Source: Cytophagales bacterium (GTDB lineage Bacteria; Bacteroidota; Bacteroidia; Cytophagales; Cyclobacteriaceae). Taken from it: 64,000 nucleotides of DNA. Both the position numbers and the translations under genes were made by a program. The notes beneath the pieces were generated by a model, which did not search any database, was not told the DNA's origin, and saw only the letters and a list, made by a program, of their open reading frames with translations. Numbering within the stretch: position 1 is the stretch's first letter; the number at the start of each line of letters is the position of its first letter. The stretch is from positions 232,821 to 296,820 of the forward strand of contig JAFLBQ010000003.1 in the NCBI GenBank assembly GCA_017303805.1. Direction: 5' to 3'. Positions 20,304-28,299 of the stretch are shown here, in pieces.

Positions 20304-20342
20304 CGTTATTGAAATAAAACGCGCCTGTTGCTAGTTGCAGGT
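20296..20342 (-). repeat. Short or degenerate attC-like site after the lipocalin gene
   Basis: Minus strand ACCTGCAAC...GTTACAGGT (8/9 inverted match), 19 nt after the lipocalin stop. At 47 bp it is shorter than canonical attC sites. Confidence 0.45.
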
Positions 20343-20361
20343 GGGGGTTCGCACACAAATT

Positions 20362-20877
20362 TTAGTCTGCTCTAACCAAAACCCGCTTCCAGGTTTTATT
20401 ATCGCCAATGATTAGTGTGTCGCCTTTTAAAATAAATGGTCTTGGCTGTTCCGTGTCAATGTAGTTTGGGATAGTTCCACCCTTCACATGATGAGTTATT
20501 ATTGATTTTTCCCAGTTTACCGTGTAGAATCCAAAATATCCGAGTGCTGTTTTGTCTATATATTCATAAAGGTTAGGGAAATATTTCTTTGTTGAGTCTT
20601 CCGAAATTTTCAAAGGCTCCGCAGATGAGATATTTAAATTAACGATTTTGGTTTTGGTGTAGGTAAAATAACCCTTCGGGTTTTTACCGTAGCGATAAAT
20701 CCAGTTGCCGGTTAGAGAATCTAAGTCCGCAAATTCAATTAACTTCCAGGTGCCTGCCAATGTATTGCCGGGCATACTTTCGTTAGTGGTACTTTCTGCC
20801 TGCGGATAATTTTGTCTGCATGATGTGCCATAAAGTGTTAGTGCAGTCCAGAAAATTAAAAGTCGTACGGGTGTCAT
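20362..20877 (-). CDS. Lipocalin-like domain lipoprotein (cassette cargo)
   Basis: Lipobox-like GTSC; LAGTWKLIEF, G.NPKGYFTY and YFG.YTV...ITHHV...QPRPF.L.GDTL.I fit the Lipocalin_5-like pattern. Confidence 0.75.
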   Translation of the reverse strand: MTPVRLLIFWTALTLYGTSCRQNYPQAESTTNESMPGNTLAGTWKLIEFADLDSLTGNWIYRYGKNPKGYFTYTKTKIVNLNISSAEPLKISEDSTKKYFPNLYEYIDKTALGYFGFYTVNWEKSIITHHVKGGTIPNYIDTEQPRPFILKGDTLIIGDNKTWKRVLVRAD

Positions 20878-20952
20878 TTCTTTTCTTACGTTAGATTAAG
20901 TGTTCGCTTTTACCTGGACGGCAAGATTATAGACTGTAAATTTTACGGTTAC

Positions 20953-21083
20953 GGGTAACGGTTTGCGGCTTTGCGAAGAAGCGGATTTCGGAGAACAAAA
21001 CTGTCAACATAGCACAAAGTTGATTTGAAATCTACACTTGAATTTAAGCACTTCACCCCGCATGACCAAAACCCGTGTTACTG
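20953..21083 (-). repeat. attC-like recombination site, 131 bp
   Basis: Minus strand CAGTAAC (9 nt after the helicase stop) ... GTTACCC. Nested inverted segments: GGTTT/AAACC (20960-64/21069-73), GCGG/CCGC (20981-84/21058-61), GATTTC/GAAATC (20984-89/21027-32) and TCAAC/GTTGA (21004-08/21019-23). Confidence 0.65.
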
Positions 21084-21092
21084 GCTGGGCTT

Positions 21093-21664
21093 CTATCTGT
21101 CCGAGTTGTTTTCATGTCCGTTCCCTTTTACTTTTTGTCCGCAGTAAGGGCAAACAACCCATAGTTTTTCAAGTTGGCTGAAACAACTGTTGCAGGTAAT
21201 TATTTTGTCAACAACTGCTTTTATTGGCAGAGTCGTCCTAACGGTGAACGCTTCAGGAATTTCTCTTAAAAAACTTGATTCATTTCCCTTTTTCGGTAAT
21301 TAAGAAGAGTTTGTCTTTGGCTCTGGTATTTATATTTTTTTTGTTGAAGGTATCTTTCTCTGTCTTTATCAGCTTTACTTATTCTCTTGTCAAATAATAG
21401 CTTTTGGTAATCACCAGTATTGTCCGCTAAAATTATTAAGCGATCAATCATTTCATTTGTCGCATTTTTAGTGAATGTGATTGCCAAAATGCTTGAAGGA
21501 CTAACACCTTTTTCTTCTATGAGATAAACTAGCTTTTGTAAAAGTGTTTTTGTCTTGCCTGAACCAGCACCAGCTAAAACTAAAAGGCGTTTGTCCTCAC
21601 TTACAACAGCTTCATGTTGTCTGTCGTTTAATGCACTTAGATTTGTTTTAGTAGTTGTCGTCAC
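21093..21664 (-). pseudogene. UvrD/Rep-family helicase remnant with internal deletion, frameshift and C-terminal zinc ribbon
   Basis: Frame 1 has the Q motif LNDRQ, Walker A AGAGSGKT and motif Ia TFTKNA. Frame 2 from 21327 reads TRAKDKLFLITEKG (motif VI). Frame 3, 21284-21093, reads NESSFLREIP...CNSC...CPYCG...*. Confidence 0.85.
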
Positions 21665-21711
21665 GAAAAATCTGTTTTTTAATTACTGTTCTGTCGTCTT
21701 TTAAGCCCGGC

Positions 21712-21763
21712 CATTAACTCCTAAATATACGCATCTTTCATGCGCCTATCCACCTCGTTATGG
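21712..21763 (-). repeat. Degenerate attC-like site at the 5' boundary of the helicase cassette
   Basis: Minus strand CCATAAC-5 nt-GGATAGGC-GCATgaaagATGC-GTATATT-5 nt-GTTAATG (52 bp). L-box pairing is weak. Confidence 0.4.
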
Positions 21764-21855
21764 GGGCATTGGCGCATGGGTTGGCTTTAAAAAATTTGCG
21801 CTTTTAAGCCTCTTTAAATTCCCAACTTTTTAACACTTCAAGTGGTTTTACACTG

Positions 21856-21863
21856 TACCTTTG
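21856..21863 (+). promoter_or_regulatory. Bacteroidota -7 promoter element TACCTTTG upstream of ccmE
   Basis: Exact TAnnTTTG match, 24 nt before ATG 21888. Confidence 0.6.
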
Positions 21864-21887
21864 CCGCACAGTAAATCAGCAGCAGAA

Positions 21888-22301
21888 ATGAAGAAGTCGC
21901 ATATTTTTGCCCTCGTGGCCATCGCAGCCGCCATCGGTATCATCATCGCCAACACCGGTGATGCCAGCACCTATGTTTCGTTCGACCAGGCCTACCAGAT
22001 GGCCTCCACCGGCAACAAAACCCAATTGCACGTAGTGGGCGAGTTAAAGAAAGATGCCAACGGCCACATTACCGGCATCGAAAAGAGTGCCGATAAACTT
22101 TCGTTCTCGTTTATCCTGGTGGACGAAAACCAGAAAGAACAAAAAGTATATTACAACGAACCCATGCCGCCCGACTTTACCCGGTCTGAAAAAGTGGTGG
22201 TAATAGGCAGCTATCAAAACAATGCGTTCGTGGCCAGCAAAATTCTGCTCAAGTGCCCGTCCAAATACCAGGAAGAAAAAATTAACACCAGCAGTCTTTA
22301 G
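21888..22301 (+). CDS. ccmE: Cytochrome c maturation heme chaperone, Cys-type (CxxxY)
   Basis: N-terminal TM, OB-fold HVVGEL...PPDF..SEKVVVIG and LLKCPSKY heme motif; start ATG 21888. Confidence 0.9.
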   Translation: MKKSHIFALVAIAAAIGIIIANTGDASTYVSFDQAYQMASTGNKTQLHVVGELKKDANGHITGIEKSADKLSFSFILVDENQKEQKVYYNEPMPPDFTRSEKVVVIGSYQNNAFVASKILLKCPSKYQEEKINTSSL

Positions 22302-22322
22302 TCGTCTTTTAAAATCTAGGGA

Positions 22323-24842
22323 ATGCATTACTTCATCGGTGACCTCGGTCACTTCTTCATCATCCTCTCGTTTGTTACTTCGCTGGTAAGTGCGTTTGCC
22401 TATTGGAAAACCCTTTACAGCCCCGATGCAACGCGCGAACCGTGGCGCAAGAATGCACGCGCTGCATTTTATACGCACCTGGTTGCAGTGCTGGGCGTAG
22501 TCGTTTGCCTGTTTGTAATTATCTACCAGCACTACTTCGAATACCATTATGCCTACAGCCACTCCTCGCGCCACTTGCCCGGCCAATACATGGTGTCGTG
22601 CTTTTGGGAAGGCCAGGAAGGAAGCTTTTTGTTATGGATTTTCTGGCAAGCGTTAATTGGGTTGGTGTTGATTCACTCACAAAAAAAATGGGAAGCCCCT
22701 GTGATGGTGGTGTTCAGCCTGGTGCAGGCATTTCTGGCATCCATGATTCTGGGTGTAGTTATTCCTTTGTTGGATCTTAAACTTGGCAGTTCGCCCTTCA
22801 TCTTATTACGCGATGCCATCGATGATCCCATCTTTAGTCTGCAACCCGATTTTATCCCTAAAGATGGCAGCGGACTAAACCCGTTGCTACAAAATTATTG
22901 GATGGTGATTCATCCGCCCACGTTGTTTCTGGGTTTTGCTTTAACATTAGTGCCCTTCGCATTTTGTATCGCAGGTCTTTGGCAAAAGCAATATGCCGAA
23001 TGGATTAAACCCGCCTTGCCTTGGACCTTACTTGGTGCCGGCATTCTCGGACTTGGCATTTTAATGGGTGGCTATTGGGCGTACGAAACCTTAAACTTTG
23101 GCGGCTACTGGAATTGGGATCCCGTAGAAAATGCCGTGTACGTGCCGTGGCTGATTATGATTGCCTCCATCCACACCATGATTATCTATAAGAATAATCA
23201 AACTGCCCTTAAGAGTTCAGTTATTTTAGTGATAGCCGTTTTTGTATTGATTCTCTATTCAACTTTTTTAACACGCAGTGGTATTCTGGGCGATGCCTCC
23301 GTGCACTCCTTTACCGATCTCGGGTTATCGGGCCAACTCTTGATCTATCTTTTATTCTTTACAGGGGCTGCAATTGCATTGGCCGCCTGGCGCTGGAAAC
23401 AGTTGCCTACCTCCGAAAAAGAAACCGAAGTGTACTCGCGCGAGTTCTGGATTTTTTTGGGCGCTACCATACTTTGCTTCGCCGGGTTTCATGTAATCAT
23501 CCCTACTTCGTACCCGGTAATTAACGAAATGGGCAGTTGGTTTGGTTTGGATTTGCGTTTGGCCGTTCCCGGAGACCAGGTTCATTATTATTCACGCTAC
23601 CAAATCTGGTTTGGTGTGTTGGTGGCATTGGCTTCGGGCACAGCTCAGTTTTTCTGGTGGCGTAAAATCGATAAGCACAACCTGGTAAAAGAACTGCTGT
23701 ATCCGTTGTTGATTTCGCTGGTTGTATTTGCCCTTGTTATTTCGGTGGCCCGGATTTACAAACCCGCGTACCTGGTGCTTACGCTGGCCGGTGTATATTT
23801 AATTGTGTCTAATCTTAAGGTTCTCTTTCGGGTAACCAAAGTAAATAAATCGCTTTCGGGCGGAGCGGTTTCGCATGTAGGCGTGGGGCTTATGCTCATC
23901 GGCATTATGTTTTCGGCCGGTTACTCCAGCGTTGTTTCATTAAACAACACAGGCATGCTTATCTCAAAAGATTTGCCCACCGAGTTTAACCGCGATAACC
24001 TGTTGCTGTTTATACACGAACCGCGCGTAATGGCCGGCTACGAAATTGAATACCTGGGCGAGCGCGTAAAGCCCACCGGCCTGCGTGGCTATGTAAGCAA
24101 AAACGATCTTGATCTTACACCCGATCCGTACAAAGTAATCGCCACCAAAGACATCTATTTCAAAGACAAAAAAATTCTGAATGCCCGCGACACGTTCACG
24201 ATCAACCCGGAAAATACTTTTTACGAAGTAGAGCTTCGAAAAAACGGCAAGGTAGAAGCGGTTTTATTTCCACGGGTGCAGATTAACCCGGCTATGGGCG
24301 GCTTTGTAGCCTCGCCTGATATCGAGCGCCATGCCGATCGTGATTTATACACGCACGTATCGTTGCCCATGAACCGCGAAGAAGAACCCGAGTGGAGTGA
24401 GCTTACAGAAGAACGGGTGCAGTTGAATAAACCTTTTTTTGTAAACGACTACGTAGCTGCCCTGGAAGAGGTGGTGCGCATCCACGAAATAGATGGCTTT
24501 AAACTGAGCGATGACGATGTAGCAGTAAAGGCGAGGATAAAAGTGAAAGGCGAACGCGATGAGTATGTTGCAGAACCCATATTTTTAATTCGTAACAAAA
24601 GCCAGGTGGGCCGCATTCCTTCCGAAATAAATGACCTCGGGGTAAAAATTACTTTGCTCAACATCCACCCCGATGCGGGCGAGTTCTCACTCGGCATCAA
24701 CACCCGCCAAAAAGATTGGGTAATTATTAAAGCCATCGAAATGCCTTTGATAAATGTATTGTGGTTGGGCACCGGGGTGCTGATGGTGGGCTTTACCGTA
24801 GCGCTGGTGCGCAGGTTTAAAGAGTTTGGTAAGGAGAAATAA
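22323..24842 (+). CDS. ccmF: Cytochrome c heme lyase CcmF (long form)
   Basis: WEGQEGSFLLW, GLNPLLQNYWMVIHPP, GGYWNWDPVEN, FLTRSG..SVHSF and SHVG motifs. Confidence 0.93.
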   Translation: MHYFIGDLGHFFIILSFVTSLVSAFAYWKTLYSPDATREPWRKNARAAFYTHLVAVLGVVVCLFVIIYQHYFEYHYAYSHSSRHLPGQYMVSCFWEGQEGSFLLWIFWQALIGLVLIHSQKKWEAPVMVVFSLVQAFLASMILGVVIPLLDLKLGSSPFILLRDAIDDPIFSLQPDFIPKDGSGLNPLLQNYWMVIHPPTLFLGFALTLVPFAFCIAGLWQKQYAEWIKPALPWTLLGAGILGLGILMGGYWAYETLNFGGYWNWDPVENAVYVPWLIMIASIHTMIIYKNNQTALKSSVILVIAVFVLILYSTFLTRSGILGDASVHSFTDLGLSGQLLIYLLFFTGAAIALAAWRWKQLPTSEKETEVYSREFWIFLGATILCFAGFHVIIPTSYPVINEMGSWFGLDLRLAVPGDQVHYYSRYQIWFGVLVALASGTAQFFWWRKIDKHNLVKELLYPLLISLVVFALVISVARIYKPAYLVLTLAGVYLIVSNLKVLFRVTKVNKSLSGGAVSHVGVGLMLIGIMFSAGYSSVVSLNNTGMLISKDLPTEFNRDNLLLFIHEPRVMAGYEIEYLGERVKPTGLRGYVSKNDLDLTPDPYKVIATKDIYFKDKKILNARDTFTINPENTFYEVELRKNGKVEAVLFPRVQINPAMGGFVASPDIERHADRDLYTHVSLPMNREEEPEWSELTEERVQLNKPFFVNDYVAALEEVVRIHEIDGFKLSDDDVAVKARIKVKGERDEYVAEPIFLIRNKSQVGRIPSEINDLGVKITLLNIHPDAGEFSLGINTRQKDWVIIKAIEMPLINVLWLGTGVLMVGFTVALVRRFKEFGKEK

Positions 24843-24853
24843 ACCTTCTTCGT

Positions 24854-25309
24854 ATGCGTAAATCGATTTTACTTACTATGCTGCTTTCCGGAACAATGGA
24901 TCTTACAGCAGCCTGTGTAAATGCATATCTTTCAAATGGTGTAACGCCCACGCAGGTGTTAACCTACATTGCCAGTGGTTTGCTTGGAAAGGCCGCTTAC
25001 GTTGGTGGCATAGAGGTAATGCTGATCGGGCTGCTTGCTCACTTTCTCATTGTGTTCTGCTGCACACTTTGCTTCTATCTTATCTACTCTCATTGGAGAA
25101 TCTTGCACAAAAGCATCATTTTAAATGCGTTGTTGGTTGGGGTTGTTGCCTGGTTGGTAACTACGCAAGTAGTTATGCGCTTCAGTCAGATAGGCCCTCA
25201 ACCATTTGTTATCGGTAAAGCCTTGGTAGCCGTTACTATTTTATTTTTTTGTATTGGCTTGCCCATAGCGTGGCGGGCAAAACTGTACTTTAAGAAAGCA
25301 CGCGCTTAA
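24854..25309 (+). CDS. Hypothetical ~4-TM membrane protein
   Basis: Clean ORF of four hydrophobic segments; G..D..AA, L.YIASG..G..A and G...HF pattern; function not recognised. Confidence 0.6.
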   Translation: MRKSILLTMLLSGTMDLTAACVNAYLSNGVTPTQVLTYIASGLLGKAAYVGGIEVMLIGLLAHFLIVFCCTLCFYLIYSHWRILHKSIILNALLVGVVAWLVTTQVVMRFSQIGPQPFVIGKALVAVTILFFCIGLPIAWRAKLYFKKARA

Positions 25310-25337
25310 CAGGTTTCGCTTATAATTAATTAGCTGT

Positions 25338-26468
25338 ATGAAAATACATTGCAGTCTGATAGCGTGTGTTATTAGCTTAACCAGCATTTTTGCCCAACCT
25401 CAAAAGGCAGATTTGGAACTTCGGGCGTTAGCCGATGAATTGAAAGCAGTGGGGCTTGCGGTGGTGGTAGTAAAGAAGGGCGCTATCGTTTATTCCAAAA
25501 ACCTGGGTTGGCAAGATGTTGAAAAGCAAATACCACTCACCACCACAAGCATTTTTCGAATTGCTTCTATATCCAAGTCATTTTCGGCAACAGGCGTTAT
25601 GCAATTAGTTGAAAAAAAGAAGCTAAGCCTGAATGACGATGTGAGTAAATTAATCGGCTTCACCGTTCGAAATCCAAACTACCCCGACAAAATAATTACA
25701 CTGCGCATGCTTTTGTCACACACATCCAGCATTAGCGACCGCAATGGCTATTTCTCTTTAGATGTAATCAATCCAGCTAAAAACCCCAACTGGGCAAAAT
25801 GCTTTAACTCCTACGCGCCCGGCTCTCAATATGAATATTGCAATCTCAATTATAATATAACGGGTACCATTATAGAGCGCACCTCGGGCGAGCGTTTTGA
25901 TGTTTATATCCGTGAACACATTATTAAACCTTTAGGGCTATATGCCGGCCACAATATAGATTCCTTAGATGCAAGCCGGTTTGCCACACTTTACTCTTAT
26001 GATTCAGTTGGAGGCTTTAAACCAGAACCGCAAGCCTACGCTTCGCGTAAGGAGGAAATTAAAAATTATGTAATGGGCTATAGTGCTCCACTCTTCTCCC
26101 CTACCGGAGGTGTGAAGATTAGTGCGGCCGATCTGGCGCGGTACATGGCTATGCATATGAATTACGGTTCTTTTTGGGGCAAAAGAATAATCTCGCGTAA
26201 GAGTGCCAAAACCATGCAGGCGCTAGTGGCCAAAGATGCGGGATATGGATTAGCCATTGCTACCGTAGATAACCTGATACCGAACGTTGTACTGAAAGGC
26301 CACACGGGTTCTGCGTATGGATTATACAGCGCCATGTTCTTTAGCCCCAAAAAGAAGTTTGGGTTTGTTGTAATTACCAATGGCTGTTTACCTGGCATAG
26401 AAGACGGTACCCGGCCCATTCACAAGAAGGCAGTCCCTCTATTGTATAGTAATTTCATTCGCTTCTAA
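25338..26468 (+). CDS. Serine hydrolase, beta-lactamase/PBP-like family
   Basis: Signal peptide; FRIASISK (SxxK), LLSHTS, YCN (YxN) and GHTG motifs. Confidence 0.88.
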   Translation: MKIHCSLIACVISLTSIFAQPQKADLELRALADELKAVGLAVVVVKKGAIVYSKNLGWQDVEKQIPLTTTSIFRIASISKSFSATGVMQLVEKKKLSLNDDVSKLIGFTVRNPNYPDKIITLRMLLSHTSSISDRNGYFSLDVINPAKNPNWAKCFNSYAPGSQYEYCNLNYNITGTIIERTSGERFDVYIREHIIKPLGLYAGHNIDSLDASRFATLYSYDSVGGFKPEPQAYASRKEEIKNYVMGYSAPLFSPTGGVKISAADLARYMAMHMNYGSFWGKRIISRKSAKTMQALVAKDAGYGLAIATVDNLIPNVVLKGHTGSAYGLYSAMFFSPKKKFGFVVITNGCLPGIEDGTRPIHKKAVPLLYSNFIRF

Positions 26469-26469
26469 A

Positions 26470-28161
26470 TCAGAGGTTTTTTCTCCTCATCTCCTCCACC
26501 GCATACGCACACGCACGTGCCGTCATAGCCATATAAGTAAGCGATGGATTAACACACGAAGACGAAGTCATGAACGAACCATCGGTAATAAATACGTTCT
26601 TCACTTCGTGCATCTGGTTGTAGCCGTTAACGACTGAAGTTTTAGGATTGCGGCCCATACGCGCACTGCCCATTTCGTGGTTCGCATTGCCCGGAAAAGA
26701 AATGTTGGCATACGACCGAACATTTTTATACCCGGCTGCTTCCAGCATTTCGGACATAGCCGCAGCCATGTCTTTTTGCATGGCGCGCTCATTATCTTTA
26801 AATTCTACCTCGGTAGTTAAGGTGTTGCGGCCCCACTTATCTTTTACATCGGTATTCAGCGTTACCCGGTTTTCTTCGTATGGCAAACATTCGCCAAAGC
26901 CACCAAACCCAATGCGCCAGTTACCCGGTGTTTGTAATTTCTCTTTTAATGCAGCACCAATTTCGGTGTCCATTGTTCCCCGGCCCCAACCGGTGCGACT
27001 TGCTCCTCCCTGGTATCCAAAACCGCGGATGTAGTCTGTTCTTTTTTCTGAAAGATTGCGAAAGCGTGGAAAGTACACCCCGTTTGGCCTGCGACCGAAA
27101 TAGTACTGATCTTCAAATCCATCCACTTCTGCTTCGGCACCTGCGCCTTTGTGATGATCCATAATGTTGCGGCCCACCTGGTCGCTGCCATTGCCCAATC
27201 CGTTTGGAAATCGATTAGAAGTTGAGTTGAGTAAAATGAATGCTGTGCCCAGCGTGGCGGCATTCAGAAAAACAATGCGTGCATAAAATTCTATCACTTC
27301 ATTCGTTTCGGTATCGATAATTTCAACACCAATCGCTTTTTGTGTTTGTTCATCGTATAACACCCGATTAGTTAATGAATGGGGCCGTAAGGTTAAGTTG
27401 CCAGTTGCAAACGCAGCCGGCAAGGTGCTGGCATTGGTGCTAAAGTACGCTCCGTACGGACACCCCCGATGACATTGATTGCGGTACTGACACACACCCC
27501 GACCCTTAACCGGAGCGGTTAAGTTCGCAATCCGGCCAATGGTAAGCTTGCGGCCAAATGTTGCTTCCACTTTGGTTTTAAAATCAGCCTCCACGCAATT
27601 CATCTCCATGGGCGGTTGAAACTTTCCATCGGGCAAATGCGGAATGCCTTCGGCCTGGCCGCACACTCCAATAAATTGTTCTACATAATCGTACCACGGG
27701 GCAATGTCTTTGTACCGAATGGGCCAATCGGTAGCAATGCCATCGCGCAGGTTTGCTTCAAAATCCAAATCGCTAAGCCGGTAACAATGGCGGCCCCACA
27801 GCAACGAGCGCCCGCCAACAATATCGCCCCGGATCCAGTCAAAGCGCTTGGTTTCGGTGTAGGGGTTTTCGAGGTCGTTTATATAATAGTGTTTGTTATC
27901 GCCCGAATACGAAAAATGCCGGGTTTGAATGGGGCACCGCTCCCGGTCGGCCTGCGTTAAGCGACCCCGGTTTTCCAGTTGCCAGGGGTCGAGTGAAGTA
28001 GTGGGGTAATTGGGATGTTCCACATTTTTGCCCCGCTCCAACAGCAACACCTTTAAGCCGCGCTCGCACAGTTCTTTTGCGGCCCAGCCACCGCTTATAC
28101 CCGAGCCCACCACAATGGCATCAAAGGTATTTTCAGCTCGGGCTTTCAAATTCAGATTCAT
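26470..28161 (-). CDS. GMC-family FAD oxidoreductase (glucoside 3-dehydrogenase/gluconate 2-dehydrogenase flavoprotein-like)
   Basis: GSGISGGWAAKEL, VGGRSLLWGR, C...N.C.RGCP Cys cluster, HEMGSARMG and NPSLTYMA motifs. Confidence 0.9.
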   Translation of the reverse strand: MNLNLKARAENTFDAIVVGSGISGGWAAKELCERGLKVLLLERGKNVEHPNYPTTSLDPWQLENRGRLTQADRERCPIQTRHFSYSGDNKHYYINDLENPYTETKRFDWIRGDIVGGRSLLWGRHCYRLSDLDFEANLRDGIATDWPIRYKDIAPWYDYVEQFIGVCGQAEGIPHLPDGKFQPPMEMNCVEADFKTKVEATFGRKLTIGRIANLTAPVKGRGVCQYRNQCHRGCPYGAYFSTNASTLPAAFATGNLTLRPHSLTNRVLYDEQTQKAIGVEIIDTETNEVIEFYARIVFLNAATLGTAFILLNSTSNRFPNGLGNGSDQVGRNIMDHHKGAGAEAEVDGFEDQYYFGRRPNGVYFPRFRNLSEKRTDYIRGFGYQGGASRTGWGRGTMDTEIGAALKEKLQTPGNWRIGFGGFGECLPYEENRVTLNTDVKDKWGRNTLTTEVEFKDNERAMQKDMAAAMSEMLEAAGYKNVRSYANISFPGNANHEMGSARMGRNPKTSVVNGYNQMHEVKNVFITDGSFMTSSSCVNPSLTYMAMTARACAYAVEEMRRKNL

Positions 28162-28299
28162 AGTGCAACGGATTGAATTCTAAATTTTATGAAATATTTT
28201 CATCTGGCGCTACCTCCCGAATAAATGTAGTGTGGCGGCAATCAATTCCTTAAAATACTCCTTATTTTTGCCCGATTTATCCAAACCAACCACTACGAA

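Larger units (their letters stand above)
20296..21763 (-). mobile_element. Integron-like gene-cassette array without integrase (CALIN-like) inserted between ccmD and ccmE
   Basis: Two AT-richer ORFs in the same orientation, antisense to the ccm genes. Each is followed by an xxxxAAC...GTTxxxx inverted element and a third such element lies upstream. No integrase in the window. Confidence 0.65.

Noticed and set aside
21739-21810. Hairpins CATGCGCC/GGCGCATG and GGCTTTAAAA/TTTTAAGCC as attI or further attC sites
   Set aside because: They lack AAC/GTT core ends. The first competes with the weak attC-like fold at 21712-21763, which is why that site has low confidence.
24854-26468. Membrane protein and serine hydrolase as further cassettes, or as a resistance beta-lactamase
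   Set aside because: No attC-like site follows either ORF (only a lone GCTTAAC). SxxK/YxN/HTG motifs are shared by many esterases and peptidases, so resistance cannot be claimed.
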